Below, in pieces: positions 17,911-28,480 of a DNA stretch of 64,000 bases; positions within the stretch are counted from its first letter, which is position 1, and each line of letters begins with the position of its first letter. This DNA comes from Bacteroidota bacterium (lineage in GTDB: Bacteria > Bacteroidota > Bacteroidia > NS11-12g > UBA955). The stretch is from assembly GCA_027490055.1 (NCBI GenBank), contig JAIXYV010000106.1, positions 30,802-94,801 on the forward strand, written 5' to 3'. A program made the position numbers and the translations under genes. The notes beneath the pieces are model-generated. The model saw only the letters and a list, made by a program, of their open reading frames with translations, was not told the origin of the DNA and searched no databases.

Positions 17911-19458
17911 TTACCCACTCCAGTTTTCTCTATCCAGACTTCTGTAGTGAATGGCTTCGGCCAGGTGATGGGTTTGAATGTCAACTGAGTTGTCTAAATC
18001 GGCTATGGTGCGAGCTACTTTCAGAATCCTGTCGTAGGCGCGGGCGCTTAGGTTGAGGCGTTGCATAGCGGTCTTGAGCAAGTTATTGCCAGCATCTGTA
18101 ATAGCGCATAAAACTTTGATCTGATTGCCCGGCATCTGGGCATTGCAATAGATGCCTTCCCGTTTCTGATACCGCTCAAGTTGAATGGCTCTGGCATTGA
18201 TAACCCTTTGTCTGACAATGGTACTTTTTTCGTTATTTCTTTTCGATGAAGATAGTTCCTCAAAACTCACTGGTGTTACCTCGATATGGATATCAATTCT
18301 GTCTAATAGCGGTCCGCTGATTTTACTGAGGTATTTCTGCACCACTACAGAGCCACAGGAACATTCTCTGTCAGGGTGGTTGTAGTAGCCACAGGGGCAG
18401 GGATTCATACTGGCCACGAGCATAAATCCAGCGGGATAATCGACCGAGAATTTGGCTCTGGCGATGTTCACTTTCCTGTCTTCGAGGGGCTGTCGCATCA
18501 CTTCAAGAACGGTGCGTTTAAATTCTGGTAATTCATCTAAAAAAAGAACGCCATTGTGGGCCAGAGAAATTTCGCCTGGTTGCGGGGTATTGCCACCGCC
18601 TACCAATGCCACATCGCTGATTGTATGATGGGGTGCTCTGAATGGTCGATGTACCACTAAGCCCTTACCATCGTTTAAACGGCCAGCAACAGAGTGAATT
18701 TTGGTCGTTTCCAGGGCTTCACTTAAAGTCATGGGTGGCAAAATACCCGGCAGGCGTTTTGCGAGCATGGTTTTACCAGCGCCGGGCGGACCGATCAAAA
18801 TGATATTATGACCACCAGCTGCGGCTATTTCCATAGCGCGTTTGATGTTTTCCTGACCTTGCACATCGGCAAAGTCGAGGTCGAAGTCGCTTGCCGCCTG
18901 CTCGAAATCGATGGCAGATAAATCGCTTTCAGGTTCAAGATCAGAAGTACCATTAAAAAACTCCAGCAATTCAGACAGATTCTCGACACCGATAACATCT
19001 AAACCAGAGACTATGGCGGCTTCTCTGGCATTTTGTTTGGGAAGAATAAATCCTTTAAATCCATCGTCTCGCGCCTGAATAGCAATAGGCAGAGCACCTC
19101 TGATAGGTAGCACACTGCCATCCATGGACAATTCCCCCATAATGATATAGTCTTCAATATTACTGGTATTCTTAATTTGATGATCGGCTGCAAGTACAGC
19201 GATGGCGATTGTAAGATCGTAGGCACTGCCTTCTTTACGGATATCAGCAGGGGCCATATTCACCACAATTTTCTTTCGCGGGAAGTCTCGGCCATTATTT
19301 TTAAAGGCAGTGGTAATACGGGTCCAGCTTTCTTTAACTGCATTATCTGGCAGGCCCACCATGATAAATTTGGCGCCATCGCCACTGACATTTACTTCAA
19401 CTGTAATGGTACAGGCATTGATGCCGAATACGGCAGATCCAAAGGTTCTTATAAACAT
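17911..19458 (-). CDS. comM: YifB/ComM Mg-chelatase-like AAA+ ATPase
   Basis: VGLPD, NMAPADIRKEG, GPPGAGKT, PFRAPHH, GVLFLDE, SGPLLDRID; frame intact. Confidence 0.93.
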   Translation of the reverse strand: MFIRTFGSAVFGINACTITVEVNVSGDGAKFIMVGLPDNAVKESWTRITTAFKNNGRDFPRKKIVVNMAPADIRKEGSAYDLTIAIAVLAADHQIKNTSNIEDYIIMGELSMDGSVLPIRGALPIAIQARDDGFKGFILPKQNAREAAIVSGLDVIGVENLSELLEFFNGTSDLEPESDLSAIDFEQAASDFDLDFADVQGQENIKRAMEIAAAGGHNIILIGPPGAGKTMLAKRLPGILPPMTLSEALETTKIHSVAGRLNDGKGLVVHRPFRAPHHTISDVALVGGGNTPQPGEISLAHNGVLFLDELPEFKRTVLEVMRQPLEDRKVNIARAKFSVDYPAGFMLVASMNPCPCGYYNHPDRECSCGSVVVQKYLSKISGPLLDRIDIHIEVTPVSFEELSSSKRNNEKSTIVRQRVINARAIQLERYQKREGIYCNAQMPGNQIKVLCAITDAGNNLLKTAMQRLNLSARAYDRILKVARTIADLDNSVDIQTHHLAEAIHYRSLDRENWSG

Positions 19459-19621
19459 ACTCAATTTTTAGTCGAAGCTAAAAATTGTATTTCAGAATAA
19501 TAGACTCGTAGACAAAGAATTAGGTGTCTTTTAAAAAATAAAAGTCAAATCGTGCAGCATTTTTGACACAACGGTCGTCTATAGAAGTGTAGATTAGTAA
19601 ATTTTTTCATAATAGAAGGCG

Positions 19622-19646
19622 AAAGGGCACATTGAATGTGTCCTTT
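19622..19646. terminator. Hairpin terminator downstream of gmhA
   Basis: AAAGGGCACAT-TGA-ATGTGTCCTTT inverted repeat. Confidence 0.55.
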
Positions 19647-19662
19647 TTCTTTTTATGAAAAT

Positions 19663-20229
19663 TTAGAGATTGTTCTCGATATAGTCGATAAGACTATGGA
19701 TGCATTTGATATGAATTTCCTGGGCTCTATCGGCGAAGTCAGAATGCGGGGCTCTGATTTCTACATCACATAATTCAGCCATTGCGCCACCGTTTTTTCC
19801 GGTTAGTCCTACTACTTTCATGCCTTTAGCATGAGCAGTTTCAATAGCTTTAAGCACATTTTTAGAATTACCACTGGTACTGATAGCTAATAGAACATCA
19901 CCTTTATTACCAAGGGCTTCGAGGTATCTTGAAAACACAAAATCGTAGCCATAATCGTTACCCACGCAAGCCATATGACTGGCGTCAGAGATAGCGATAG
20001 CTGGAATAGCGGGACGATTGTCTCGGTATCTGCCGGTGAGTTCTTCAGCAAAGTGCATGGCATCACAGAGACTGCCACCATTGCCACAGCTAAGAATTTT
20101 ACCACCATTTTTGATAGCCTCTACCATCAATTGCCCAGCTTTTTCTATAGCGATGAAATTATCTTCATTGGATAGGAAGCTGTTTAAAACAGACTGAGCT
20201 TCGAGGAAATGTTGTTTTATCTGACTCAT
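19663..20229 (-). CDS. gmhA: D-sedoheptulose 7-phosphate isomerase
   Basis: CGNGGS, HFAEEL, ISTSGNS, QEIH. Confidence 0.95.
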   Translation of the reverse strand: MSQIKQHFLEAQSVLNSFLSNEDNFIAIEKAGQLMVEAIKNGGKILSCGNGGSLCDAMHFAEELTGRYRDNRPAIPAIAISDASHMACVGNDYGYDFVFSRYLEALGNKGDVLLAISTSGNSKNVLKAIETAHAKGMKVVGLTGKNGGAMAELCDVEIRAPHSDFADRAQEIHIKCIHSLIDYIENNL

Positions 20230-22397
20230 GGATTAGGGTTACGTTTTTTAAATTCAGCCAAACCATTTTCCAGGTATTTCAGGAACTCTTCGGTATCGAA
20301 TTGCTTTTTATTGATTTCGCTACCAACAGGAGTTTGAAGAAGATTTTCTTTACCATCCAGTAAGCAATATAGAGGTTGAGAAGTAGCACCGAAGTAGCAT
20401 ATTTCAATTTCGGCATTTTTCTTACCGAGTGTAGTGATTTTCTTTTTGCTATATCTGCCAATGAATTGTTCAGAGGCTGGCAGTTGTATGGTTTTGTCGT
20501 CTACATAGAGAGAAGCGATTACAAATTCTTCGCGCAGCATTTTAAGCACACGCGGATCACTCCATACCATTTCTTCCATTTTACGACAGTTAACGCAACC
20601 GTGACCGGTAAAGTCGATGAACAAAGGTTTCTTTAGTTCTTTAGAGCAACTAACAGCTTCATCATAGTCATAATAGCCGTTGAGTCCATGAGGCAGGTGA
20701 AGTTTATCGGCATAGCTAGGTTTTTTGCAGATATTACCGCTTAGACCATTAGCATCTCTGATGCTTCTATTGATATCAAATTCCTGAGTACTCATTGGCG
20801 GCAGGTAGCCTGAAAGGTATTTCAATGGTGCACCCCAAAGACCAGGGATCATGTACACCACAAAAGACAGAACTAAAACACCCATTAGGAGGCGAGGCAC
20901 TTTCAGGAACTTAAGATCGGAGTCGTGGGCAAATTTTAATTTACCTAAAAGGTACAAGCCCATCAGTCCGAAGATGATAATCCACAGTGCCAGATAGACA
21001 TCGCGGTTGAGGATATGCCAGTGGTAGGTTTGATCGGCGATGCTTAAAAACTTGAGGGCGAAAGCCAGTTCAAGAAAACCGATACATACTTTAACACTAT
21101 TGAGCCAGCCTCCGCTTTTAGGCAGAGAATTGAGCCATGATGGGAAGAGCGCGAATAGTGTAAACGGCAGGGCAAAGGCCAGACCGAAACCAAACATAGC
21201 AACAACTGGTCTTAGAAATTCACCACCAGCACTTTTTACGAGTACGTTACCAACGATTGGTCCGGTACAAGAAAAAGACACAATTGCCAGGGTGAGGGCC
21301 ATAAAGAAGGCACCGTAGTATCCACCTTTATCCGCTTCGCGGTCGGCTTTATTGGCGATAGACGAAGGCAGAACGATTTCGAAAGCACCAAAGAAAGAGA
21401 AGGCAAAAATAATAAAGATGACAAAGAAGAGAATATTGGGTAACCAGTGGGTTGAAATCACATTACCGGCGTCGGCACCAAAAGCAAAAGCTACAATGGT
21501 ACCAAGAACTGTGTAGATAAAGATGATTGAAAGTCCGAAGAACATGGCGGTAAGACGGGCTTTCAGTTTACCGCGTTTATCGTTGGTAAAGAAGGCCACG
21601 GTCATAGGGATCATTGGGAACACGCAAGGTGTAAGCAGACCGACTAAGCCAGAGAGGAAGGCAAGAAGAAACAGGCCCCAGTAGTCGACATTATCGGTAT
21701 CGGCGCCCTGACCATTAAAAGTTTTTTTAACGCAAGCGGCGGTATCAGCAAAGCTTGAGAGTTTATAATTGCAAGAAGGACAATCAGAGTTGGTGGTATC
21801 AGCAGGAGAGACGGCGGGGTTAGCTGGAATAATTGCAGCAGTATCGGCAGGCACTACCTCAGGTTCGGCAGACGTTTCAGCGGTTTGATCGCAGGTCATT
21901 TCCTTGCCAGAGGCGGTAAATCCGGCAGAGAAGCGCAAAGGATTCATCATACCAAAGTTAAAGCAGGTACTTTCTGTGCACCATTGACCCTCGTATGTTC
22001 CAGAGATTTTTCCAGTATTTTTAATGACCTTTATTTTCTGACGGAATTCAGCTTTATTGAAGAATTCGCCCACTTCACATTTGAAGATTTCGTCCATGAA
22101 GTGCTTATCGCCAACGCTGTAAAGCTCACCGACTTTGCAGAACGCTTTTGAATCGTCGAAGTTAATAACGAATTTAAGCGGACCGAATTCACATTTGCTG
22201 TAGGTACTGTATAGATGAAATCCAGCAGGAATATCACATTTAAAGATCACTTCAATAACATCACCGGTTTTGGGGTTATTATTACTAAAGGACACTTTAA
22301 GGACAGGAGGAGCTGGTTCGGCAGGCGCTTGAGCGAGCACAGAGCTTGAAACAAGGAGCGTAATCAGGCTTAAACAGAAAAGTTTAAATTGATGCAT
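20226..22397 (-). CDS. dsbD: DsbD/CcdA-family thiol:disulfide interchange protein
   Basis: N-terminal periplasmic domain, TPCVFPMIP and SCTGP TM cysteines, [10 protein letters not shown] thioredoxin domain. Confidence 0.9.
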   Translation of the reverse strand: MHQFKLFCLSLITLLVSSSVLAQAPAEPAPPVLKVSFSNNNPKTGDVIEVIFKCDIPAGFHLYSTYSKCEFGPLKFVINFDDSKAFCKVGELYSVGDKHFMDEIFKCEVGEFFNKAEFRQKIKVIKNTGKISGTYEGQWCTESTCFNFGMMNPLRFSAGFTASGKEMTCDQTAETSAEPEVVPADTAAIIPANPAVSPADTTNSDCPSCNYKLSSFADTAACVKKTFNGQGADTDNVDYWGLFLLAFLSGLVGLLTPCVFPMIPMTVAFFTNDKRGKLKARLTAMFFGLSIIFIYTVLGTIVAFAFGADAGNVISTHWLPNILFFVIFIIFAFSFFGAFEIVLPSSIANKADREADKGGYYGAFFMALTLAIVSFSCTGPIVGNVLVKSAGGEFLRPVVAMFGFGLAFALPFTLFALFPSWLNSLPKSGGWLNSVKVCIGFLELAFALKFLSIADQTYHWHILNRDVYLALWIIIFGLMGLYLLGKLKFAHDSDLKFLKVPRLLMGVLVLSFVVYMIPGLWGAPLKYLSGYLPPMSTQEFDINRSIRDANGLSGNICKKPSYADKLHLPHGLNGYYDYDEAVSCSKELKKPLFIDFTGHGCVNCRKMEEMVWSDPRVLKMLREEFVIASLYVDDKTIQLPASEQFIGRYSKKKITTLGKKNAEIEICYFGATSQPLYCLLDGKENLLQTPVGSEINKKQFDTEEFLKYLENGLAEFKKRNPNP

Positions 22398-22555
22398 AAT
22401 AAATATATGGGTTACAAAAATAAGGGACTTAATTGGAGAAACAATAAAATTAGGGTAGAGTGAAATTTTAGCGGATTAAATAGCGTTTATAGTATATATG
22501 TTGACAAAAATAAGGGCTAAAAAGTTGTCTGAGGTATAAATTTGTAGGTTTAGGT

Positions 22556-23794
22556 ATGAAAAAGAGTCTTTCTGCATTTGTTCTCGTGTTGATGAGTACG
22601 TTGGTTTTACGGTCGCAAACCCAGACCATAAAACAGTATATTGATAGTTTCAAGCAGGTGGCCATGATAGAAATGGTAGAGTACAAGATACCGGCGAGTA
22701 TTACATTGGCGCAGGGACTATTGGAGAGTGGCAGTGGGAATAGCAGGTTAGCCAAGCAGGGAAATAACCATTTCGGTATAAAGTGTAAAAAAGACTGGAC
22801 AGGTTGTACGATATTAGAAGACGATGATGCTTTACAAGAGTGTTTCAGGTGTTACAAGACCGCAGAAGAGAGTTATAAGGATCATTCGAGATTTTTAAAA
22901 GAGAATAAGCGCTATGCAGCTTTGTTTCAATTAAGCATAACGGATTATAAGGGATGGGCTGCTGGATTATTAGCGGCTGGGTATGCTACCAATCAGAAGT
23001 ATTCAGAGTTATTAATCAGAACCATAGAGAAAAACGGCTTAGCCAGTTTTGATACATTAATTGTAAACGGTTTTAATCCTTATTCGACCGTAGTTCCGGC
23101 CAAGATAGAGATAGTAGATAATAAAGTACCTTCTACAGTAGTGCAGCCAAATCAGACAGTGAGCAGTATTGCAGAGGCCAGTGACAAGACCGCTAGGAAG
23201 ATTAGCAAGTACAATGATTTAACGTATCACAAGCAGATAGAGCCTGGGGATGTATTATATTTAAAACCAAAGAAGCGCAAGGCAAGTGTAGAGAGTCACA
23301 AGGTCGGCGAGGGAGAGACCATGTGGGAGATATCACAGAAGTATGCTATAAAGATCAACTCCTTATATAAGAAGAATTTGATGGTGCCTGGTACAGAGCC
23401 AAAGGCTGGAGTTGTATTGCAGCTGCAGAGCAAGGCCGCATCGAGGCCAGATACAGGCAGGGTAGAGTTAAAGAAAGAAATGGAGAATGAATACCATACG
23501 GTAGGTGCCGGTGAGACCTTATATAGTATAAGCAGGATTTATGGGATTAAGGTTGAGGAACTGATTGCTATGAATAGCATTATTAATAATCAGATACAAC
23601 CTGGGCAGAGGTTACTAGTTAAAAAGACTCAGGGGGCACAAACAGGAAGTGTCAAGCACACAGTTCAGGCTGGAGAAACATTATACAGTATATCAAAGCG
23701 TTACAATGTAACGGTATCATCAATAAAGAGTATTAACAATTTGACAAGCGATAGTTTAACTATTGGTCAGGTTTTAGAAATACAAAAGCCTTAG
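22556..23794 (+). CDS. GH73 glucosaminidase with multiple LysM domains
   Basis: IPASITLAQGLLESG, NNHFGIKC, GYAT; GETLYSIS LysM repeats. Confidence 0.92.
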   Translation: MKKSLSAFVLVLMSTLVLRSQTQTIKQYIDSFKQVAMIEMVEYKIPASITLAQGLLESGSGNSRLAKQGNNHFGIKCKKDWTGCTILEDDDALQECFRCYKTAEESYKDHSRFLKENKRYAALFQLSITDYKGWAAGLLAAGYATNQKYSELLIRTIEKNGLASFDTLIVNGFNPYSTVVPAKIEIVDNKVPSTVVQPNQTVSSIAEASDKTARKISKYNDLTYHKQIEPGDVLYLKPKKRKASVESHKVGEGETMWEISQKYAIKINSLYKKNLMVPGTEPKAGVVLQLQSKAASRPDTGRVELKKEMENEYHTVGAGETLYSISRIYGIKVEELIAMNSIINNQIQPGQRLLVKKTQGAQTGSVKHTVQAGETLYSISKRYNVTVSSIKSINNLTSDSLTIGQVLEIQKP

Positions 23795-23945
23795 AGCATT
23801 CTATTTACTTACTTTCAAGGCATTAAGGTTAGAAAAACCTTCAATATCATTTTTTTGTCATTTTAAGGGTTAAATACTAAAATAAATTTTTTTTATTTGA
23901 TAACTTGTTTATTTTTGGACCAAAATAATTATTAGAATTCGCATT

Positions 23946-26900
23946 ATGAAAAGATTAATTACAAATTTAAAGGCTCTGAAACTCATGCTAGCGGCCCCGT
24001 TATTGGGACTGTTTGGTATGACAGCCAGTGCTCAAGCGCCGTGGTGTGACGGATTTCACATGTACAACAACACGACTTACTACTCGTCGTCTAACTACAT
24101 CTTTGCATTAGATCAAATTAGAATCAGCAGTGGTGGTACTGTGTTGTTCAATGTTCCAGCAGATGGATTCAGCGGTGGTAGCACTTGCGGATCTGAATGG
24201 AGATTAGCTAACCCTACTTCAAGAGCGATCGACCTGACAGCAGGTAACTCTTACACAGTAGAGGCTAGTGGATCAAGTGGATCTTATGCTTACGGTGGAT
24301 CTATTGGTGTTTTCGTTGACTACAACAACGACAAAGACTTTTTAGATGCTGGTGAGTATCAAGGTGCATTCACAGTACCTGGTACTGTTCAGACTCCATC
24401 TACTTTAGGTTCAAGAACTTTTACAGTTCCTTGTAACATTACTCCAAGTGCAACTAGATTGCGTGTAGTTGGTAACTATTCTGGTTATCCAATGAACCAA
24501 TCTTATGGTTGTTCTACATGTAGTGGACCTCCTTATTATGGTGAGACTGTTGACTTTTCAATCAACTTAGTATTACCTACAAGTGTATCTGCTAACTTTA
24601 TCGCTCCAACTAACACTTGGGTTAAAGTAGTTAACAAATTCATCAACAGCAATCAGTCTGGTTACACAGAACATGCATGGGATGCTAACAACGATGGTTC
24701 TTATGAGCAAAGAAGCGTAGTTCCAAACTACAGCAATCCTCAGTTCATGTGGACTACTCCAGGTACTAAATGTGTTAAATTGAGATCTACTAACTGTTTA
24801 GGTAGAGATTCAATCGTAAAATGTTTCAACGTTCAATCTCCTACTGCAGTTCCTGTAGTGGATTTTGTTGCTGACAGAGTAACTATCGAGCAATACCAGT
24901 CAATGAGATTGTTTGACTTATCTACTAACGGTCCTTGGTCATGGACTTGGGATGTATATGATTCAACTACATATGCTTCATCAGGTTACTATCCAAACTT
25001 AACAGATGGTGATTTATATTCAGATCCATGGGGTAACGGTAACAATGAGTTCACTCAGAATCCTGAGTTTGCTTTTGACATCCCAGGTTGCTATACTATC
25101 GTAATGACTTGTAAGAACGACGTTGGTCCTTCTGCAACAAAAAGAAAAGTATGTTATGTAACAGTAACATTACCTACACAATATAACTTAGGTTATGGTA
25201 CTTATGGTCCTAACAACGATAACGTAGTTGGTAGCACTAGTGGTACTATCTTCGATGATGGTGGTCCAAATCTTAACTATGGTAACAACCAAGGTTTAGG
25301 TTCACGTTCATTCTTACAAATCACACCTTGTAATGCAAAGAAAATTGTATTAACAATGTCAAGATTGAAGTTCAAAGATGCTGGTGACAAATTAAGCGTT
25401 TGGGATGGTAAATCTCCAGGCGGTCCTGGTACTACATTACTTGCTACTTGGTCAGTTGGTGCAAAAGCGCCTCAGAAAGTAACTGCAACCAGCGGTAGCA
25501 TGTATTTATTATTTGAAGCTGATGCAGCTGGTGTAGACTCAGGTTATGCTGGTTCTTACACTTCAGAACTTGGCCCAGCTACTTTACCTAGTCCAGCATT
25601 CACACCTAACACTGTACCTAGCTACAACAGCACACCTGTTAAGTTCACCAACACTACTCAAAACATTGTGGGTGTACCTACATGGGAATGGACAATTGAT
25701 GGTGCTCAGGTTGCCAACAATACTAAAAAAGACTTCAACTACACCTTCTACACAGATGGTCAGTATGATGTTTGTTTAGAAATCAAATCTTGTGTTGGTA
25801 ACAACAAATCTTGCCAAAAGATTGATGTTATCACTCCAAACACTCAAACCAGCTTAGACTTTATCGCTACAAACCGTCGTCCGAACATCAACGTAGATTT
25901 CTCTACATTGATCCCGGTTTCAGATAATGCTAACAGATTCGAGTGGACAATCTTCCCGACTTCTTACACTTTAATGAACCCACCAGCTTCTCCATCTACT
26001 TACGGTGCAGGTTTCGTTAAATACAATGCAACTCCTGGTGATTCAATTCCAAAACCAAGACTGAAGTTTACAGCTCCTGGTTGTTACACAATCACTTTGA
26101 AAGCATACAATTCATTAGATCCTACCAATACTTCTAGAACAATTGTTAAAAACAAATTCATTTGCGCTCTAGACTATTGCAAACCATCTTCTTACATTTT
26201 AAGTTCAGACGTAGGAATCAACAGAGTACGTATTGTTGATGGAACTACTGACCTGATCAACAACTATTCTACTTCAGGTGACGTTGCTTACACTGATTAC
26301 AGTGCAACTGTAAAAGCTAACTTAACTTATGGTAAAACATACACTTTAGAAGTATCAAGAACTAGCAACGTTGACCCAGCTAACAGAAAAGGTTGGATTG
26401 ACTGGAACATCGACGGTGACTTTGATGATGCAGGTGAGCAGATTTTCTTCGAAACCAGCACATACAATCAAGTTTACACTACTACATTCACTGTTCCTGC
26501 ATTGTCAGCTTCATTTGAAGGTTTAACTAAAATGCGTATTGCAGCTAACTATAACAACGAAAGCACTACTGCTTGTGGTCCAATCACAGCTGGTGAATAC
26601 GAAGATTACGGTTTAGTATTAGCAAACGACAATACACCTCCAGTAATTACCTTAACAGGTAGCGATACTGTAAGAATCGAGGTAGGTTCTTCATACACTG
26701 ATGCTGGTGCAACTGCATTCGATGCTTCAGAAGGTAACATCACAGGTAACCTTGTAATGACTACTGACTTAGATGCAGCAGTAACAGGTTTATACACTGT
26801 TGAGTACAACGTAACTGACAAATCTGGTAACAAAGCAGTTCCTGCTATCCGTACCATCATTGTTGTTAACGACTTAACAAAACCAATCTTAACTCTGAAC

Positions 26901-28139
26901 CCAGGTGCTCCTGGTTGTATCGAGGCTGACAGAGACAATCTGCCATATGTTGATCCAGGTGCAACTGCAACTGACAACAAAGCGCCTTTCAATCTGACAT
27001 CTTCTATTGTAACTTCAGGTTCTGTTGATACAAGAACAATTGGCAACTATGTAATCACTTACTATGTACAAGACGTAGCTGGTAACTCTGTAACTAAAAC
27101 AAGAAACGTTTGTGTTGAAGATACCAAAAAGCCTACTATCTTATCTTTAGGTGATACTTCAGTTCAAATTGGTAGTGTTTGGTTAGATCAGACTTCAGTT
27201 GAAGACAGATATGACAACAACCCAGTATTAACTAAAGAGTGGGGCTTCAACGGTCCGGTTAACACTTTAGTAAGAAGAACTTACCCTGTAACCTACTATG
27301 CAGTAGATCAAAGCGGTAACCAAGCTACTCCAGTAGTGAGAAACTACAGAGTTGACGACTTCATTGCTCCAGTTATTAGCTTAAACACTTTTGACATTGT
27401 AAACCATGAAGTAAGAACTCCATACAATTCAGTTGCTGCTTCAGTAACTGATAACTACTACCCAGCTGGTCAAGTAAGTTTAGTGAAAATTTCTAGCAAC
27501 GTTAACCCTAACGTATTAGGAACTTACACTGAAGTATTTGAAGCTATCGACGGTTCTGGTAACGTTACAACTAAAACAAGAACTGTTATGGTTGTTGATA
27601 CAAAAGCTCCAAGAATCTGGGGTGAAATCATCCACGGTTGCGTAGGTGAAAACATCTGGCCAATGTGGGGTATTTCAACTACTGACAACTACTACAGTCC
27701 AGCTCAGTTGAAGCCACTTGTTGAGGTTGTTAACCAAAACGTAAATATTTGGGAAGAAGGTATCTACACTATCACTTACAGAGTAACTGATCCAAGTGGA
27801 AATACTTCTAACGAATTCACTAGAATGGTATACTTCACCTACTGGCCTAAATGTACTAACAGTACAGTATCAGTTGATGATTTAAAATCAGTAGAAGAAA
27901 GAGTAAGCGTATACCCTAACCCAAGTAACGGTATCGTAAACATCGACCTGCAAGGTGCATTAGTACAAACTGCAACACTTGAAGTTTACAATGCTATGGG
28001 TCAGTTAGTAGTAAGCAAAAACTACAACGAAGTAAGCGGTAAATTTGATGTAGACTTAAGCGGTAATGCAGCTGGTGTTTACACTATCAAGTTAATTGCT
28101 AACGGCGAAGTAGTAACTAAGCGCGTAGTACTTCAGTAA
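23946..28139 (+). CDS. T9SS type-A secreted surface protein, paralog 1 (GEVED-PKD-PKD-CUB-PKD-PKD-GEVED-about 5 Ig/DUF5011-like-CTD)
   Basis: DYNNDKDF..GETVDF, SGTIFDDGG, WIDWNIDGDF..GEYEDY, PVITLxGSD..GATAxD repeats, VYPNPS...KRVVLQ. Confidence 0.88.
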   Translation: MKRLITNLKALKLMLAAPLLGLFGMTASAQAPWCDGFHMYNNTTYYSSSNYIFALDQIRISSGGTVLFNVPADGFSGGSTCGSEWRLANPTSRAIDLTAGNSYTVEASGSSGSYAYGGSIGVFVDYNNDKDFLDAGEYQGAFTVPGTVQTPSTLGSRTFTVPCNITPSATRLRVVGNYSGYPMNQSYGCSTCSGPPYYGETVDFSINLVLPTSVSANFIAPTNTWVKVVNKFINSNQSGYTEHAWDANNDGSYEQRSVVPNYSNPQFMWTTPGTKCVKLRSTNCLGRDSIVKCFNVQSPTAVPVVDFVADRVTIEQYQSMRLFDLSTNGPWSWTWDVYDSTTYASSGYYPNLTDGDLYSDPWGNGNNEFTQNPEFAFDIPGCYTIVMTCKNDVGPSATKRKVCYVTVTLPTQYNLGYGTYGPNNDNVVGSTSGTIFDDGGPNLNYGNNQGLGSRSFLQITPCNAKKIVLTMSRLKFKDAGDKLSVWDGKSPGGPGTTLLATWSVGAKAPQKVTATSGSMYLLFEADAAGVDSGYAGSYTSELGPATLPSPAFTPNTVPSYNSTPVKFTNTTQNIVGVPTWEWTIDGAQVANNTKKDFNYTFYTDGQYDVCLEIKSCVGNNKSCQKIDVITPNTQTSLDFIATNRRPNINVDFSTLIPVSDNANRFEWTIFPTSYTLMNPPASPSTYGAGFVKYNATPGDSIPKPRLKFTAPGCYTITLKAYNSLDPTNTSRTIVKNKFICALDYCKPSSYILSSDVGINRVRIVDGTTDLINNYSTSGDVAYTDYSATVKANLTYGKTYTLEVSRTSNVDPANRKGWIDWNIDGDFDDAGEQIFFETSTYNQVYTTTFTVPALSASFEGLTKMRIAANYNNESTTACGPITAGEYEDYGLVLANDNTPPVITLTGSDTVRIEVGSSYTDAGATAFDASEGNITGNLVMTTDLDAAVTGLYTVEYNVTDKSGNKAVPAIRTIIVVNDLTKPILTLNPGAPGCIEADRDNLPYVDPGATATDNKAPFNLTSSIVTSGSVDTRTIGNYVITYYVQDVAGNSVTKTRNVCVEDTKKPTILSLGDTSVQIGSVWLDQTSVEDRYDNNPVLTKEWGFNGPVNTLVRRTYPVTYYAVDQSGNQATPVVRNYRVDDFIAPVISLNTFDIVNHEVRTPYNSVAASVTDNYYPAGQVSLVKISSNVNPNVLGTYTEVFEAIDGSGNVTTKTRTVMVVDTKAPRIWGEIIHGCVGENIWPMWGISTTDNYYSPAQLKPLVEVVNQNVNIWEEGIYTITYRVTDPSGNTSNEFTRMVYFTYWPKCTNSTVSVDDLKSVEERVSVYPNPSNGIVNIDLQGALVQTATLEVYNAMGQLVVSKNYNEVSGKFDVDLSGNAAGVYTIKLIANGEVVTKRVVLQ

Positions 28140-28158
28140 TTAATCAATCATTCATAAT

Positions 28159-28192
28159 AAAGCGCACCGGCTCTGGCTGGTGCGCTTTTTTT
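28159..28192 (+). terminator. Rho-independent terminator
   Basis: AAAGCGCACC...GGTGCGCTTT plus T tract. Confidence 0.85.
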
Positions 28193-28480
28193 ATGCAGTC
28201 ATTTTCCTGTCATATTAGTGTTGGAACCAAGTCATTTTTGTTAATTTTGATTTTATTTATTAAAAATATTATTACATTTGAATATTAAATCAATTGTAAT
28301 TGAATGTTGAACTTGTGATTTGAATCAATCATTTTATTTATATTTATTCTAAATAAGATATCAAGGTTTTGAAAAACAATTCTCTATACAGCTCATTTAT
28401 TAATAATTTAACTTTTTGCAACTATGTGAAAAAAAATTATTAAGAAATTGATATTAAATTGCCAACCTATTAAAAAAAAT

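Noticed and set aside
17911..19458. Mobile element inserted in comM
   Set aside because: The reading frame is full length and uninterrupted; no att repeats or integrase seen
23825..23841. AAGGTT-N5-AACCTT inverted repeat upstream of paralog 1
   Set aside because: 6-bp arms are expected by chance in AT-rich DNA; no supporting regulator
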